Made by a program: the position numbers and the translations under genes
The notes under the pieces: generated by a model
Seen by the model: only the letters and a program-made list of their open reading frames with translations
Database searches by the model: none
Told to the model about the DNA's origin: nothing
Shown: one piece after another, positions 8,498 to 16,996 of the stretch
Layout of the letters: each line of letters begins with the position of its first letter
How positions within the stretch are numbered: position 1 is the stretch's first letter
Source of the DNA: an uncultured Janthinobacterium sp.
Lineage (GTDB): Bacteria; Pseudomonadota; Gammaproteobacteria; Burkholderiales; Burkholderiaceae_D
Length of the DNA: 61,658 nucleotides
NCBI GenBank assembly: GCA_963530105.1
Contig: CAUSDR010000001.1
Location: 1 to 61,658 of the forward strand
Direction of reading: 5' to 3'

Positions 8498-10870
8498 ATG
8501 CAGTTAGTTCAACAACCAAAATTGCGACTAAGTATGATCGCGTTGGCATGCCAATTGGCATGCGTCGGGATCTCTACAGCGCACGCGCAAACCGCGGGCG
8601 AAGCTGCAAGCAAGCCTACTGAAGTCGTCATTACCGCGAAAAAGACGGGTATGGGCTTGATGGTGACGGAAGATGCACCAAAAGCGCGCAGCACGATTAC
8701 GGCTGAAGAGCTGGAAAAGCAGCGCCCGACGGGCAATGCATATGAAGCCCTGGAAATGTTGCCAGCGGTGAATAGCTACAACTACGATGCAACGGGCCTG
8801 TTCGGCGGCGGCATGACACTGCGCGGCTTCAACTCCGACCAGATCGGCGCCACCATCAACGGCGTGCCAGTGAATGACTCCGGCAGTTTCGCCATCTACC
8901 CACAAGAATATGTTGACCAGGAAAATACCTGCTCGCAAACCGTTACCCAGGGTTCCACTGACGCCGACTCGCCGCAAGTGGGCGCGACCGGCGGTAACTT
9001 TGGCATCAACACCTGCAATCCGGAAGACAAGCATCGTCTGCGCATGATGCAGACCATCGGTCAGCTGAACATGAAGAAAACCTTCGTGCGCGTCGATACC
9101 GGCCTGTTCTCGGACAAGCGCACCAAGATGTTCGTCTCCGCTTCGCATGCCGAAGCCGACAAATGGAAAGGCAAGGGCGGCGCCAAGCGCGACCATATCG
9201 ATGCCGGCATCAACTACGACTGGGATCGCTTCAACTACATTCACGCCACCTTGCTGTACAACGAGGCGATGAACAACAACATCAATAACCTGACCTTGGC
9301 TGAAATCAACAAGAACGGTTATTACTTCGACTACGCTGATACCTTCAAGGGCCATCTGACCCCGGTCAAAGGCGTTGCGCAAGTTGAAACGACGCAGTCG
9401 CCAGCCTTCTACAAACTGGGCATCAACCCATTCAAGAACGCGATCGCCTCGGCCACGGCCAAGTTCCGCCTGAACGAGAACCTGGACTTGAAAGTCTTGC
9501 CATACATCTGGTACGGCTATGGTAACGGCGGCGTGCAACAACGCGCCCAGTCGGAAAAGGGTTTCTATGACGCAACCACCGGCCTGCGCAACGGCACGGT
9601 GGACTTGAACGGCGACGGCGATACCCTCGACACCGTCCTGGTCGCCAACGCCAGCGTGACGAAGACGTTCCGCCCGGGCGTGACGGCTTCGCTGAACTGG
9701 ACCTCGGGTAACCACGATGTACTGGGCGGCTTCTGGTACGAGCGCGCGCGCCATCAGCAAACCGGCCCGATGCTGGCGCTGAGCAATGATGGTATCTCGC
9801 AAGATCCTTGGCTGCAAAACGGCCAGATCCTGCGCCCGGACGGCACGCCAGCGCAAAGCCGTAACTGGATGTCGATTTCGACCGCTTACCAGTTCTTCTT
9901 GCAAGACACGATCAGCCTGAATGACGACAAGCTGAAGATCAACATCGGCGTGCGCAGCCCGAACGTGAAGCGTGACTTCACCAACTACGGCGACGAAAAC
10001 AACAACGTCAAGCCGTACAACCTGATCAAGAAGTACAACACGCTGCTGCCGCAACTGGGCGCGCGTTACCGCCTGACCAACGATGACCAGTTGTTCATTT
10101 CCGTTGCCAAGAACGTCAAGGCACCACCTAACTTCGTGTTCGGCAACATCGGCACCAGCGTAAAAGTGGTCAATGGCGTCGCCAACTTCGTCGGTGACGT
10201 GAAACAGGAATCGTCGTGGAATACCGATATCGGCTATCGCCACCAGGATGACAACTTCATCGCGTCGGTAACGGCTTTCATGGTCGATTTCAAGGACCGT
10301 CAGGCAACCACCTTCGATCCGATCACGCAAGCGAGCAGCTACACCAACGTGGGCCGCGTCAGCAACAAGGGTCTGGAATTTGAAATCGGCAATACGCCGA
10401 TCAACGGCTGGGCGATGTACGGTTCGCTGGGTTTCAATAACAGCAAGATCAAGGACGACATGCTGTCGGCCACGAACGTGTACCTTCCAACCGCTGGCAA
10501 GGAAATGATCAACACGCCGAAGAAGAAAGCCGGCTTGTCGGTCGAGTACCAGAACGGTTCGTTCTGGGCCCGCGTCAAGGCGCGTGCCACCGGCCAGCAG
10601 CAAGCTTCGATGGTCAATGATGAAACGGCACCAGGCTACACCACCTTCGGTCTCGATGGCGGCTACACCTTTGCCAACTTCGGTTACATCAAGCGTCCTA
10701 AGCTGACGTTTAACCTGAGCAACATCACGGACAAGCAGTACCGCAATCCGTCCTCGACCACCGTCAAGAACACCAAGCCGATTCCTGGCGTGACGACGTC
10801 GGTGGATACCCAGCGTTACTACCTGGGCGCACCACGCTTCGTATCGGTCACCCTGTCGATCGATATCTAA
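8498..10870 (+). CDS. TonB-dependent outer-membrane receptor
   Basis: Signal peptide (..TAHA), TonB box EVVITA, plug motif LRGF...INGVPVND, C-terminal NLSNITDKQY...GAPRFVSVTLSIDI. Confidence 0.93.
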   Translation: MQLVQQPKLRLSMIALACQLACVGISTAHAQTAGEAASKPTEVVITAKKTGMGLMVTEDAPKARSTITAEELEKQRPTGNAYEALEMLPAVNSYNYDATGLFGGGMTLRGFNSDQIGATINGVPVNDSGSFAIYPQEYVDQENTCSQTVTQGSTDADSPQVGATGGNFGINTCNPEDKHRLRMMQTIGQLNMKKTFVRVDTGLFSDKRTKMFVSASHAEADKWKGKGGAKRDHIDAGINYDWDRFNYIHATLLYNEAMNNNINNLTLAEINKNGYYFDYADTFKGHLTPVKGVAQVETTQSPAFYKLGINPFKNAIASATAKFRLNENLDLKVLPYIWYGYGNGGVQQRAQSEKGFYDATTGLRNGTVDLNGDGDTLDTVLVANASVTKTFRPGVTASLNWTSGNHDVLGGFWYERARHQQTGPMLALSNDGISQDPWLQNGQILRPDGTPAQSRNWMSISTAYQFFLQDTISLNDDKLKINIGVRSPNVKRDFTNYGDENNNVKPYNLIKKYNTLLPQLGARYRLTNDDQLFISVAKNVKAPPNFVFGNIGTSVKVVNGVANFVGDVKQESSWNTDIGYRHQDDNFIASVTAFMVDFKDRQATTFDPITQASSYTNVGRVSNKGLEFEIGNTPINGWAMYGSLGFNNSKIKDDMLSATNVYLPTAGKEMINTPKKKAGLSVEYQNGSFWARVKARATGQQQASMVNDETAPGYTTFGLDGGYTFANFGYIKRPKLTFNLSNITDKQYRNPSSTTVKNTKPIPGVTTSVDTQRYYLGAPRFVSVTLSIDI

Positions 10871-10917
10871 ACGGCGCTTCGCGCAGCCTGCAGGCCAGGC
10901 TGCGCGCGATGTGTCAC

Positions 10918-10945
10918 AACGGGCCTTTGGGCCCGTTTTTCTTTT
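10918..10945 (+). terminator. Rho-independent terminator after the TBDR
   Basis: AACGGGCC-TTTG-GGCCCGTT followed by TTTCTTTT; a second hairpin lies at 10881-10905. Confidence 0.75.
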
Positions 10946-11028
10946 GTGCCGGCAGACCGCGGCCGGACTTTGTTTAACCTGTTTGCGCAATGCCGCTATC
11001 CCGGCAGTTGCGCTATGCTGCGAAGCTT

Positions 11029-12714
11029 ATGAAAACACTGCCCTTATCCCTGATCACAGTGGCCCTCGCCGCCGCCATGTCCGGTTGCGCCACCCATCCC
11101 GTGGCCCCCGTCGACATCAACCTGGTCGCCATGAATGACTTCCACGGCAACCTCGACCGCAGCAAATTTACCTACACCAGCGTCACCGACCCGCTCCGCA
11201 AGACGGTGCAGGCGGGCGGCATCGATACCCTGTCCGGCGCATTGAAAGCGTGGCGCGAGGAAGATGCGCAACTGATTTTTGTCGGCAATGGCGACCTGGT
11301 CGGCGGCAGTCCCGCCATGTCGGCCATGTGGGCTGACGAACCGAGCATCGTGGCCCTGAACATGCTGGGCATGAAGGCCAGTTCCGTGGGCAACCATGAA
11401 TTCGACCAGGGCAAGGCAGAATTGCTGCGCCAGCAGCGCGGCGGCTGCGAGTCGTCGCGCGCCGACAAGGCATGCAAGTTCAGCCCCGACTTCAAGGGCG
11501 CCAGCTATGCCTACATGGCGGCCAACGTGATCGACACGCAGACGGGCAAGCCGCTGCTGCCGGCCTACCGCATCGAAGAGGCGCATGGCGTCAAGGTGGG
11601 CTTGATCGGTGCCGTGCTGAAAGATACGCCCTCCGTGGTCACGGCGGCTGGCGTTGCCGGCCTGCGGTTCGGCGATGAAGCGGACGCCATCAACGCCACC
11701 TTGCCGCAATTGCGCGCACAGGGCGTGGGCGTGTTCGTCGTGCTGCTCCACCAGGGCGGCGAGACCAAGGAAGCCGTCGACCAGGCGGATTGCAGCGGCC
11801 TCAAGGGAGAAGTGGTCGATGTGGTGAAGCGTCTCGACCCGGCCATCCAGCTGGTCATCAGCGGCCATTCGCACCAGGGTTATCTGTGCCGTGTCGATGG
11901 CCGCCTGGTGACGCAGGCGCAAATGGGCGGACATATGTTGACCCGCATCAAGCTCAAGGTCGATCCCGTCAGGAATGCGCTGATCGATGCCACCGCGCAC
12001 AACGTCGTCATGCTGCCAGGCCAGTATGCGCCGGACCCGGCCGTGGCAGCCTACCTGGACTCCGTGAAACAGCGCAGCGAGGTGGAATTGTCGCGTCCCG
12101 TGGCCGTCATCGCCGTGCCCAGCGTGGGCCGCAGCACCAAGGGTGGCGGCGCTTCCGCGCTGGGCGACCTGGTGGCCGACAGCACCCTGTTCGGCGCGCG
12201 CGCCGCTGGGGCGCAAATCGGCCTGATGAACAATGGCGGCATCCGCAAGGACCTGGAAGCGGGCGCCGGCCTGATGACGAACGTGGGCCAGAACCAGGCG
12301 GTTGTGCCGTTTGGAAATACCTTGATCGTCGTCAGCCTGTCCGGTGCGCAAATCCGCAGCCTGCTGGAACAGCAATGGCCGGGCGCCGAAGCGGAAGAGG
12401 GTAATTTGCTGCAAGTGTCCGAAGGTTTTGCTTATCGCTGGGATAGCACGCAGCCGCAGGGCCAGCGCGTCGTGCCTGGCAGCATCATGCTGAACGGTGC
12501 CGCGATTGAGGATGATCAACAATACCGTGTCGCCGCCAACAGTTTTCTCGCTGGCGGCGGCGACCGCTTCACCGTGCTGGCGGCTGGCACGCGCCGGCTC
12601 GACACGGGCGTACGCGACATCGACGCCTTCAGCAATTACCTGATCGACCGCGCGCGCGCCGGCAAGCCGGCCGGCAGCGCCACGGCGGCAGGGCGCATCG
12701 TGCGCGTCAAATAA
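11029..12714 (+). CDS. UshA-like bifunctional metallophosphoesterase / 5'-nucleotidase lipoprotein
   Basis: Lipobox MSGC; NDFHG, GD, GNHEFD and SGHSH motifs; C-terminal 5'-nucleotidase domain (NNGGIR, PFGN, FLAGGGD). Confidence 0.9.
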   Translation: MKTLPLSLITVALAAAMSGCATHPVAPVDINLVAMNDFHGNLDRSKFTYTSVTDPLRKTVQAGGIDTLSGALKAWREEDAQLIFVGNGDLVGGSPAMSAMWADEPSIVALNMLGMKASSVGNHEFDQGKAELLRQQRGGCESSRADKACKFSPDFKGASYAYMAANVIDTQTGKPLLPAYRIEEAHGVKVGLIGAVLKDTPSVVTAAGVAGLRFGDEADAINATLPQLRAQGVGVFVVLLHQGGETKEAVDQADCSGLKGEVVDVVKRLDPAIQLVISGHSHQGYLCRVDGRLVTQAQMGGHMLTRIKLKVDPVRNALIDATAHNVVMLPGQYAPDPAVAAYLDSVKQRSEVELSRPVAVIAVPSVGRSTKGGGASALGDLVADSTLFGARAAGAQIGLMNNGGIRKDLEAGAGLMTNVGQNQAVVPFGNTLIVVSLSGAQIRSLLEQQWPGAEAEEGNLLQVSEGFAYRWDSTQPQGQRVVPGSIMLNGAAIEDDQQYRVAANSFLAGGGDRFTVLAAGTRRLDTGVRDIDAFSNYLIDRARAGKPAGSATAAGRIVRVK

Positions 12715-12732
12715 TATTTATAAGGAAAAAGC

Positions 12733-13962
12733 ATGCGTCGTTTATTTGTTTCCCTGCTCGTCTCTGGCCTGTTCGCGGGCAGCGCCCACGCCGACTTCAC
12801 GATTCCCGGCTACGAGCTGGTGCACACCTCGCCCGTGGAAACCACCTTGACCAATCCCGACCTGCGCGAGCCTGTTGCCGTGTGGACGGAGCTGTTCGAC
12901 GGGGCCAAAAAAGAAATCGTCATCGCCCAGTTCTACGCCGTCAGCAAACCGGGCACGGCCTTTGAAAAGGTCCTGGCCAGCCTGACGGCCGCCGGCCAGC
13001 GCGGCGTGAAGATCCGCTTCCTGCTGGACCAGAAGGGCGTGGGCTTGTCGGATGCGGCGACCATCGCGCAGATCAAGGCCATTCCGAATCTGGACTTGCG
13101 CCTCATCGACTTCAATAAAATCACGGGCAACGGCATCGTGCATGCGAAATACCTGGCCGTCGATGGCCAGGTGGCGTACATCGGCAGCCAGAATTTCGAC
13201 TGGCGCTCGTTCGAACACATCCATGAGACAGGCTTGAAGATCACGGAGCCCGCCATGGTCAGCCAGGTGCAAGCCATCTTTGAACAGGATTGGCAGGCGC
13301 AGGCGCTGACGTCGCAAGGCAGCCGCGCCACGGTGCTCAACAACAAGGTGGTGCCGGCCAATTACGCGCAAAACGCCTTCCTGCTGGCCAGCCCGAATGC
13401 CTACAACCCGGCTGGCGTGGGCGACTCGGAAACGGGCTTGCCAGCCTTGCTGGCGCAAGCGCAAAGCGAAGTGCGCATCCAGCTGCTCGATTATGCGCCC
13501 CTGTCGTACGGCCCGAACCGCACGCGGCCGTACTACGCCGTGATCGACAACGCCGTGCGCGCGGCGGCCCAGCGGGGCGTGAAGATCAAGCTGATGGTGT
13601 CCGCCTGGAACACGGAAGCGCCCGCCATTGCCTATCTGAAAAGCCTGGCCTTGGTGCCGAACGTGGAAATCCGCATCGTCACCTTGCCCACCGCTTCGAC
13701 GGGATTCATCCCGTTCGCGCGCGTGATCCACAGCAAGACCATGAGCATCGACGGCAAGCTGACCTGGGTTGGCACCAGCAATTGGGCCGGCGGCTATTTT
13801 GACCTGTCGCGCAACCTGGAAGTGGTGCTGCGCAACGACGCCATGGCGCAGCGCATCGCCGCCTTGCACGAACAGACGTGGAGCTCGGCGTACGCGCAGC
13901 CGATCGATATCAACAAGCAATATCCAAAACCGGCGAAAGCTGCGCCGCAAGGCAAGGAGTAA
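12733..13962 (+). CDS. Exported phospholipase D-superfamily protein, PLD3/PLD4/vaccinia K4-like (probable nuclease)
   Basis: Signal peptide (..SAHA); two HKD motifs, HAKYLAVD..GSQNFDWRS and HSKTMSID..GTSNW; no transmembrane anchor. Confidence 0.85.
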   Translation: MRRLFVSLLVSGLFAGSAHADFTIPGYELVHTSPVETTLTNPDLREPVAVWTELFDGAKKEIVIAQFYAVSKPGTAFEKVLASLTAAGQRGVKIRFLLDQKGVGLSDAATIAQIKAIPNLDLRLIDFNKITGNGIVHAKYLAVDGQVAYIGSQNFDWRSFEHIHETGLKITEPAMVSQVQAIFEQDWQAQALTSQGSRATVLNNKVVPANYAQNAFLLASPNAYNPAGVGDSETGLPALLAQAQSEVRIQLLDYAPLSYGPNRTRPYYAVIDNAVRAAAQRGVKIKLMVSAWNTEAPAIAYLKSLALVPNVEIRIVTLPTASTGFIPFARVIHSKTMSIDGKLTWVGTSNWAGGYFDLSRNLEVVLRNDAMAQRIAALHEQTWSSAYAQPIDINKQYPKPAKAAPQGKE

Positions 13963-13964
13963 CG

Positions 13965-15038
13965 ATGAACATGCAAAAATTAGTGGGCGTGCTGGCGCTG
14001 GGCGCCGCATTTGCTTCCGGCAATGTGCTAGCCTGGGGCAGTGATGGCCACCGCGCCGTGGGCGCTATCGCCGATCAATTGCTCAAGGGGAGCGCCGCCG
14101 AAGCCTACATCGGCAAGTTGCTGTTGCCGGGCGAAAGCCTGGAAAAGATCGCCAACTGGCCCGATTGCGTGAAAGGCACGTATTGCGGTCCGCAATCGCC
14201 GGAAATGTTGACCTATGTGGCAGCGAACCCCAAGCATGGCGAATACCATTACACGAACGTGCCGTTCCAGAACGCGCATTACCACGACCATGGCGTGGGC
14301 ACGGCCGACGACGATATCGTGCAGACGCTGAAACAGGCGATTCTGGTGTTGCAGGGCAAGGCTGACGCGGCCAGCAATCCGCACGGCTTCAGCCAGCGCG
14401 AAGCCTTGATCCTGATCACGCACCTGGTCGGCGATATCCACCAGCCGCTGCATGTGGGCAATGCCTTCGTCGCCAAGGATGGCCAGTTCTTCGTGCCCGC
14501 CACGCAGGCGCAGATCGATGACGTCACCATTTTCAATGCGCGCGGCGGCAATGACTTGCTGCTCGACGATGCGAAGATGACGGCCTTGTCCGACGCCGTG
14601 ATTCCCGCGCCGCCGCCAGCCGAAGCAGGCGCCAAGCCGGCCAGCGCGTATCCGAAGTCGCCCACCAAGCCCCTGCATTCCTACTGGGATACAACCGTGG
14701 TCGACTACGCCATGCGCCGCCTGAGCACGCGCACGCCGCAGCAGTTTGCCCGCACCGTGATCGCCAGCGCGCCGGACGTGGACCGTAACAGCGGCGACCC
14801 CGCCACCTGGCCGTATCAATGGGCCGACGCCTCGCTGGCGGCATCGAAGATTGCCTTCACGGATGTGGTGGCGGGACCGGCTACCCGCCAAACCAGCCGC
14901 AAGGGCGATGCATACAATGTGTGGGCGCTGACGGTGCCGGACAATTATCCCGTGCCCAGTTCGGCGCTGGCGAAGCAGCAGCTGATCGCCGGTGGCTATC
15001 ACCTGGCTGCCGTGCTGCAGGCGATCTGGCCGCAATAA
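13965..15038 (+). CDS. Exported S1/P1 nuclease
   Basis: Signal peptide followed by mature N-terminal WGSDGH; ANWPD, HLVGDIHQPLH, GGN and LHSYWD Zn motifs; starts 2 nt after the PLD stop. Confidence 0.93.
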   Translation: MNMQKLVGVLALGAAFASGNVLAWGSDGHRAVGAIADQLLKGSAAEAYIGKLLLPGESLEKIANWPDCVKGTYCGPQSPEMLTYVAANPKHGEYHYTNVPFQNAHYHDHGVGTADDDIVQTLKQAILVLQGKADAASNPHGFSQREALILITHLVGDIHQPLHVGNAFVAKDGQFFVPATQAQIDDVTIFNARGGNDLLLDDAKMTALSDAVIPAPPPAEAGAKPASAYPKSPTKPLHSYWDTTVVDYAMRRLSTRTPQQFARTVIASAPDVDRNSGDPATWPYQWADASLAASKIAFTDVVAGPATRQTSRKGDAYNVWALTVPDNYPVPSSALAKQQLIAGGYHLAAVLQAIWPQ

Positions 15039-15050
15039 TCGTCTCGCTTG

Positions 15051-15076
15051 AAAGCGGCCCGTGGGCCGCTTTTTTT
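15051..15076 (+). terminator. Rho-independent terminator
   Basis: AAAGCGGCC-CGTG-GGCCGCTTTTTTT between convergent genes. Confidence 0.8.
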
Positions 15077-15839
15077 ACGCCAGGGTGATGGCGATACCCA
15101 TCTCGCGGTATGGGGCCAGCAGCGCATTGTCCACCTCGCGGTGCGCGACGATATCGTTGACCTGGCTCAAAGGCGCGATTTGGAACGGCGAGGCCGTGTT
15201 GAACTTTTCCGGCGAGGCGAGCACCACGGTGCGGGCGGATGCCTCGCTCAGCGCGCGCTTGACGCAGGCTTCCTCGTAATCTCCCGTGGTAATGCCTGTC
15301 TGCGGATGCAGGCTGGCCACGCCCATGAAATACAGGTCGGCACGGATGCGGCCGATGGCTGCCACGGTGTCGGCGCCGACGCCGACGATGGAGTGTTTAT
15401 ACAGGCGCCCGCCCAGCATCAGCACCTCGATCAGCGGATGGTTCACCAGTTCGACGGCAATCGACGGGCTGTGCGTGACCACGGTGGCGCGCAGGTCCGG
15501 TGGCAGCTGGCGCGCCAGCTGCACGGCCGTGGTGCCGCCGTCGATGAACACGACTTGCCCCGCTTCTATCATGGCCGCCGCGGCGCGGCCAATGGCCGGC
15601 TTGATGTCGGACGAGATCTGTTCGCGCCCCGCAAACGCCACCAGCGCAGGCGAGCGCGGCAGCAGGGGCAGGGCGCCGCCATGCACGCGCTCCAAGCGGC
15701 CTTCCCTGGCCAGTTCGCGCAGGTCGCGGCGTATCGTGTCTTCCGACAGGCCCAGGCTGTCGCTGACGGCCCTGGCGACAATCTGTCCCTCGCGCTGGAG
15801 CAAGTCCAGCAAGTACTGCTTGCGTTGATGTGTTAGCAT
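15075..15839 (-). CDS. DeoR/GlpR-family transcriptional regulator
   Basis: MLTHQRK..., SEDTIRRDLREL, RVHGGA and FIDGGTT motifs; real start is internal to the 417-aa ORF. Confidence 0.92.
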   Translation of the reverse strand: MLTHQRKQYLLDLLQREGQIVARAVSDSLGLSEDTIRRDLRELAREGRLERVHGGALPLLPRSPALVAFAGREQISSDIKPAIGRAAAAMIEAGQVVFIDGGTTAVQLARQLPPDLRATVVTHSPSIAVELVNHPLIEVLMLGGRLYKHSIVGVGADTVAAIGRIRADLYFMGVASLHPQTGITTGDYEEACVKRALSEASARTVVLASPEKFNTASPFQIAPLSQVNDIVAHREVDNALLAPYREMGIAITLA

Positions 15840-15923
15840 GATTTTTCTTGTATTTTCTTGATATTGCACGAGTTTGCATGATAAAGTCGATGAAAGCAAG
15901 CATATGCAAACACAGGAGACACC

Positions 15924-16892
15924 ATGCGCGAAGAAACGACAAAACAGGAACGGGTACGCATCGCTGCGGTGCAGACACTGTCGCACGACTGGTACCTGCT
16001 GCAAAAGACCACGTTCGACTACCTGCGCCGCGACGGCCAGTGGCAGACGCAGACGCGGGAAACCTATGACCGCGGCGATGGCGCCACCATCCTGCTCTAC
16101 AACAAGGCGCGGCGCACGGTGATCCTGATCCGCCAGTTCCGCTTCCCCACCTACCGCGACGGCCATGACGGTTTCCTGATCGAGGCGGCGGCCGGCTTGC
16201 TGGAACAAGCCAGCGCGGAGCAGCGCATCCGCGCCGAGGTGGAAGAAGAAACGGGCTACGCCGTGGGCGATGTGCACAAGGTGTTCGAAGCTTTCATGAG
16301 TCCCGGCTCGGTGACGGAGCGTTTGCATTTCTTTGTCGCCGAATACGATCCTTCAAGCCGCATCGGCGACGGCGGCGGCCTGGCCCACGAGGGCGAAGAT
16401 ATCGAAGTGCTGGAATTGCCGCTGGAACAGGCCATGCGCATGGTGGACGATGGCCGCATCTGCGATGGCAAGACCATTATGTTGCTGCAGCATGCGCAGT
16501 TGCACTTGATGCCGCCAGCGCAAGAGACGCGGCGGGGCATGCAGATTCTGGTGGCCGGCCCTTACCGTTCCGGCACGGGCGACGATCCCGCCCGGATGGC
16601 GGCGAATGTGGCGGCCATGCAAGCCGTCTGCCTGCCTTTGTATGCCAAGGGGCACATGCCGGTGCTCGGTGAATGGCTGGCCTTGCCCATGCTGGCGCTG
16701 GCCGGTTCCACGCAAGTGGGCGATCTTGTGTACGAAGAATTGTTCCACGCGCACGCGACGCGCCTGCTCAGCCATTGCGACGCCGTGCTGCGCATCGGCG
16801 GTGCGTCAGCGGGGGCGGACCAGATGGTGGCGGTGGCGCGCAGCCTGGGGCTGGCGGTGTTTTTCTCGCCGGACGAGATTACCCAGGCGTAA
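15924..16892 (+). CDS. NudK/YffH-like NUDIX hydrolase fused to a C-terminal DUF4406/NDT-like domain
   Basis: RETYDRGDGA, Nudix box GLLE..IRAEVEEETGY, MSPGSVTE, GEDIEV, DGKT; extra domain from M16539 (ILVAGPY...CDAVLRIGGASAGAD). Confidence 0.85.
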   Translation: MREETTKQERVRIAAVQTLSHDWYLLQKTTFDYLRRDGQWQTQTRETYDRGDGATILLYNKARRTVILIRQFRFPTYRDGHDGFLIEAAAGLLEQASAEQRIRAEVEEETGYAVGDVHKVFEAFMSPGSVTERLHFFVAEYDPSSRIGDGGGLAHEGEDIEVLELPLEQAMRMVDDGRICDGKTIMLLQHAQLHLMPPAQETRRGMQILVAGPYRSGTGDDPARMAANVAAMQAVCLPLYAKGHMPVLGEWLALPMLALAGSTQVGDLVYEELFHAHATRLLSHCDAVLRIGGASAGADQMVAVARSLGLAVFFSPDEITQA

Positions 16893-16925
16893 AAAAAAGC
16901 GCAGCCCGCAGGCTGCGCTTTTTTT
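16891..16925. terminator. Bidirectional Rho-independent terminator
   Basis: A8-GCGCAGCC-CGCA-GGCTGCGC-T7 between convergent genes. Confidence 0.88.
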
Positions 16926-16996
16926 ATCATTTTATAGCGTGCCTGAAAAATGCCCAGGGCTAGGCAACGACGCCATGGGTATTTTCTCAGGTGCTC

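Noticed and set aside
12733..13962. PLD protein as cardiolipin synthase or anti-phage nuclease
   Set aside because: Cleavable signal peptide, no membrane anchor, no helicase/methylase neighbours, and a catabolic context.
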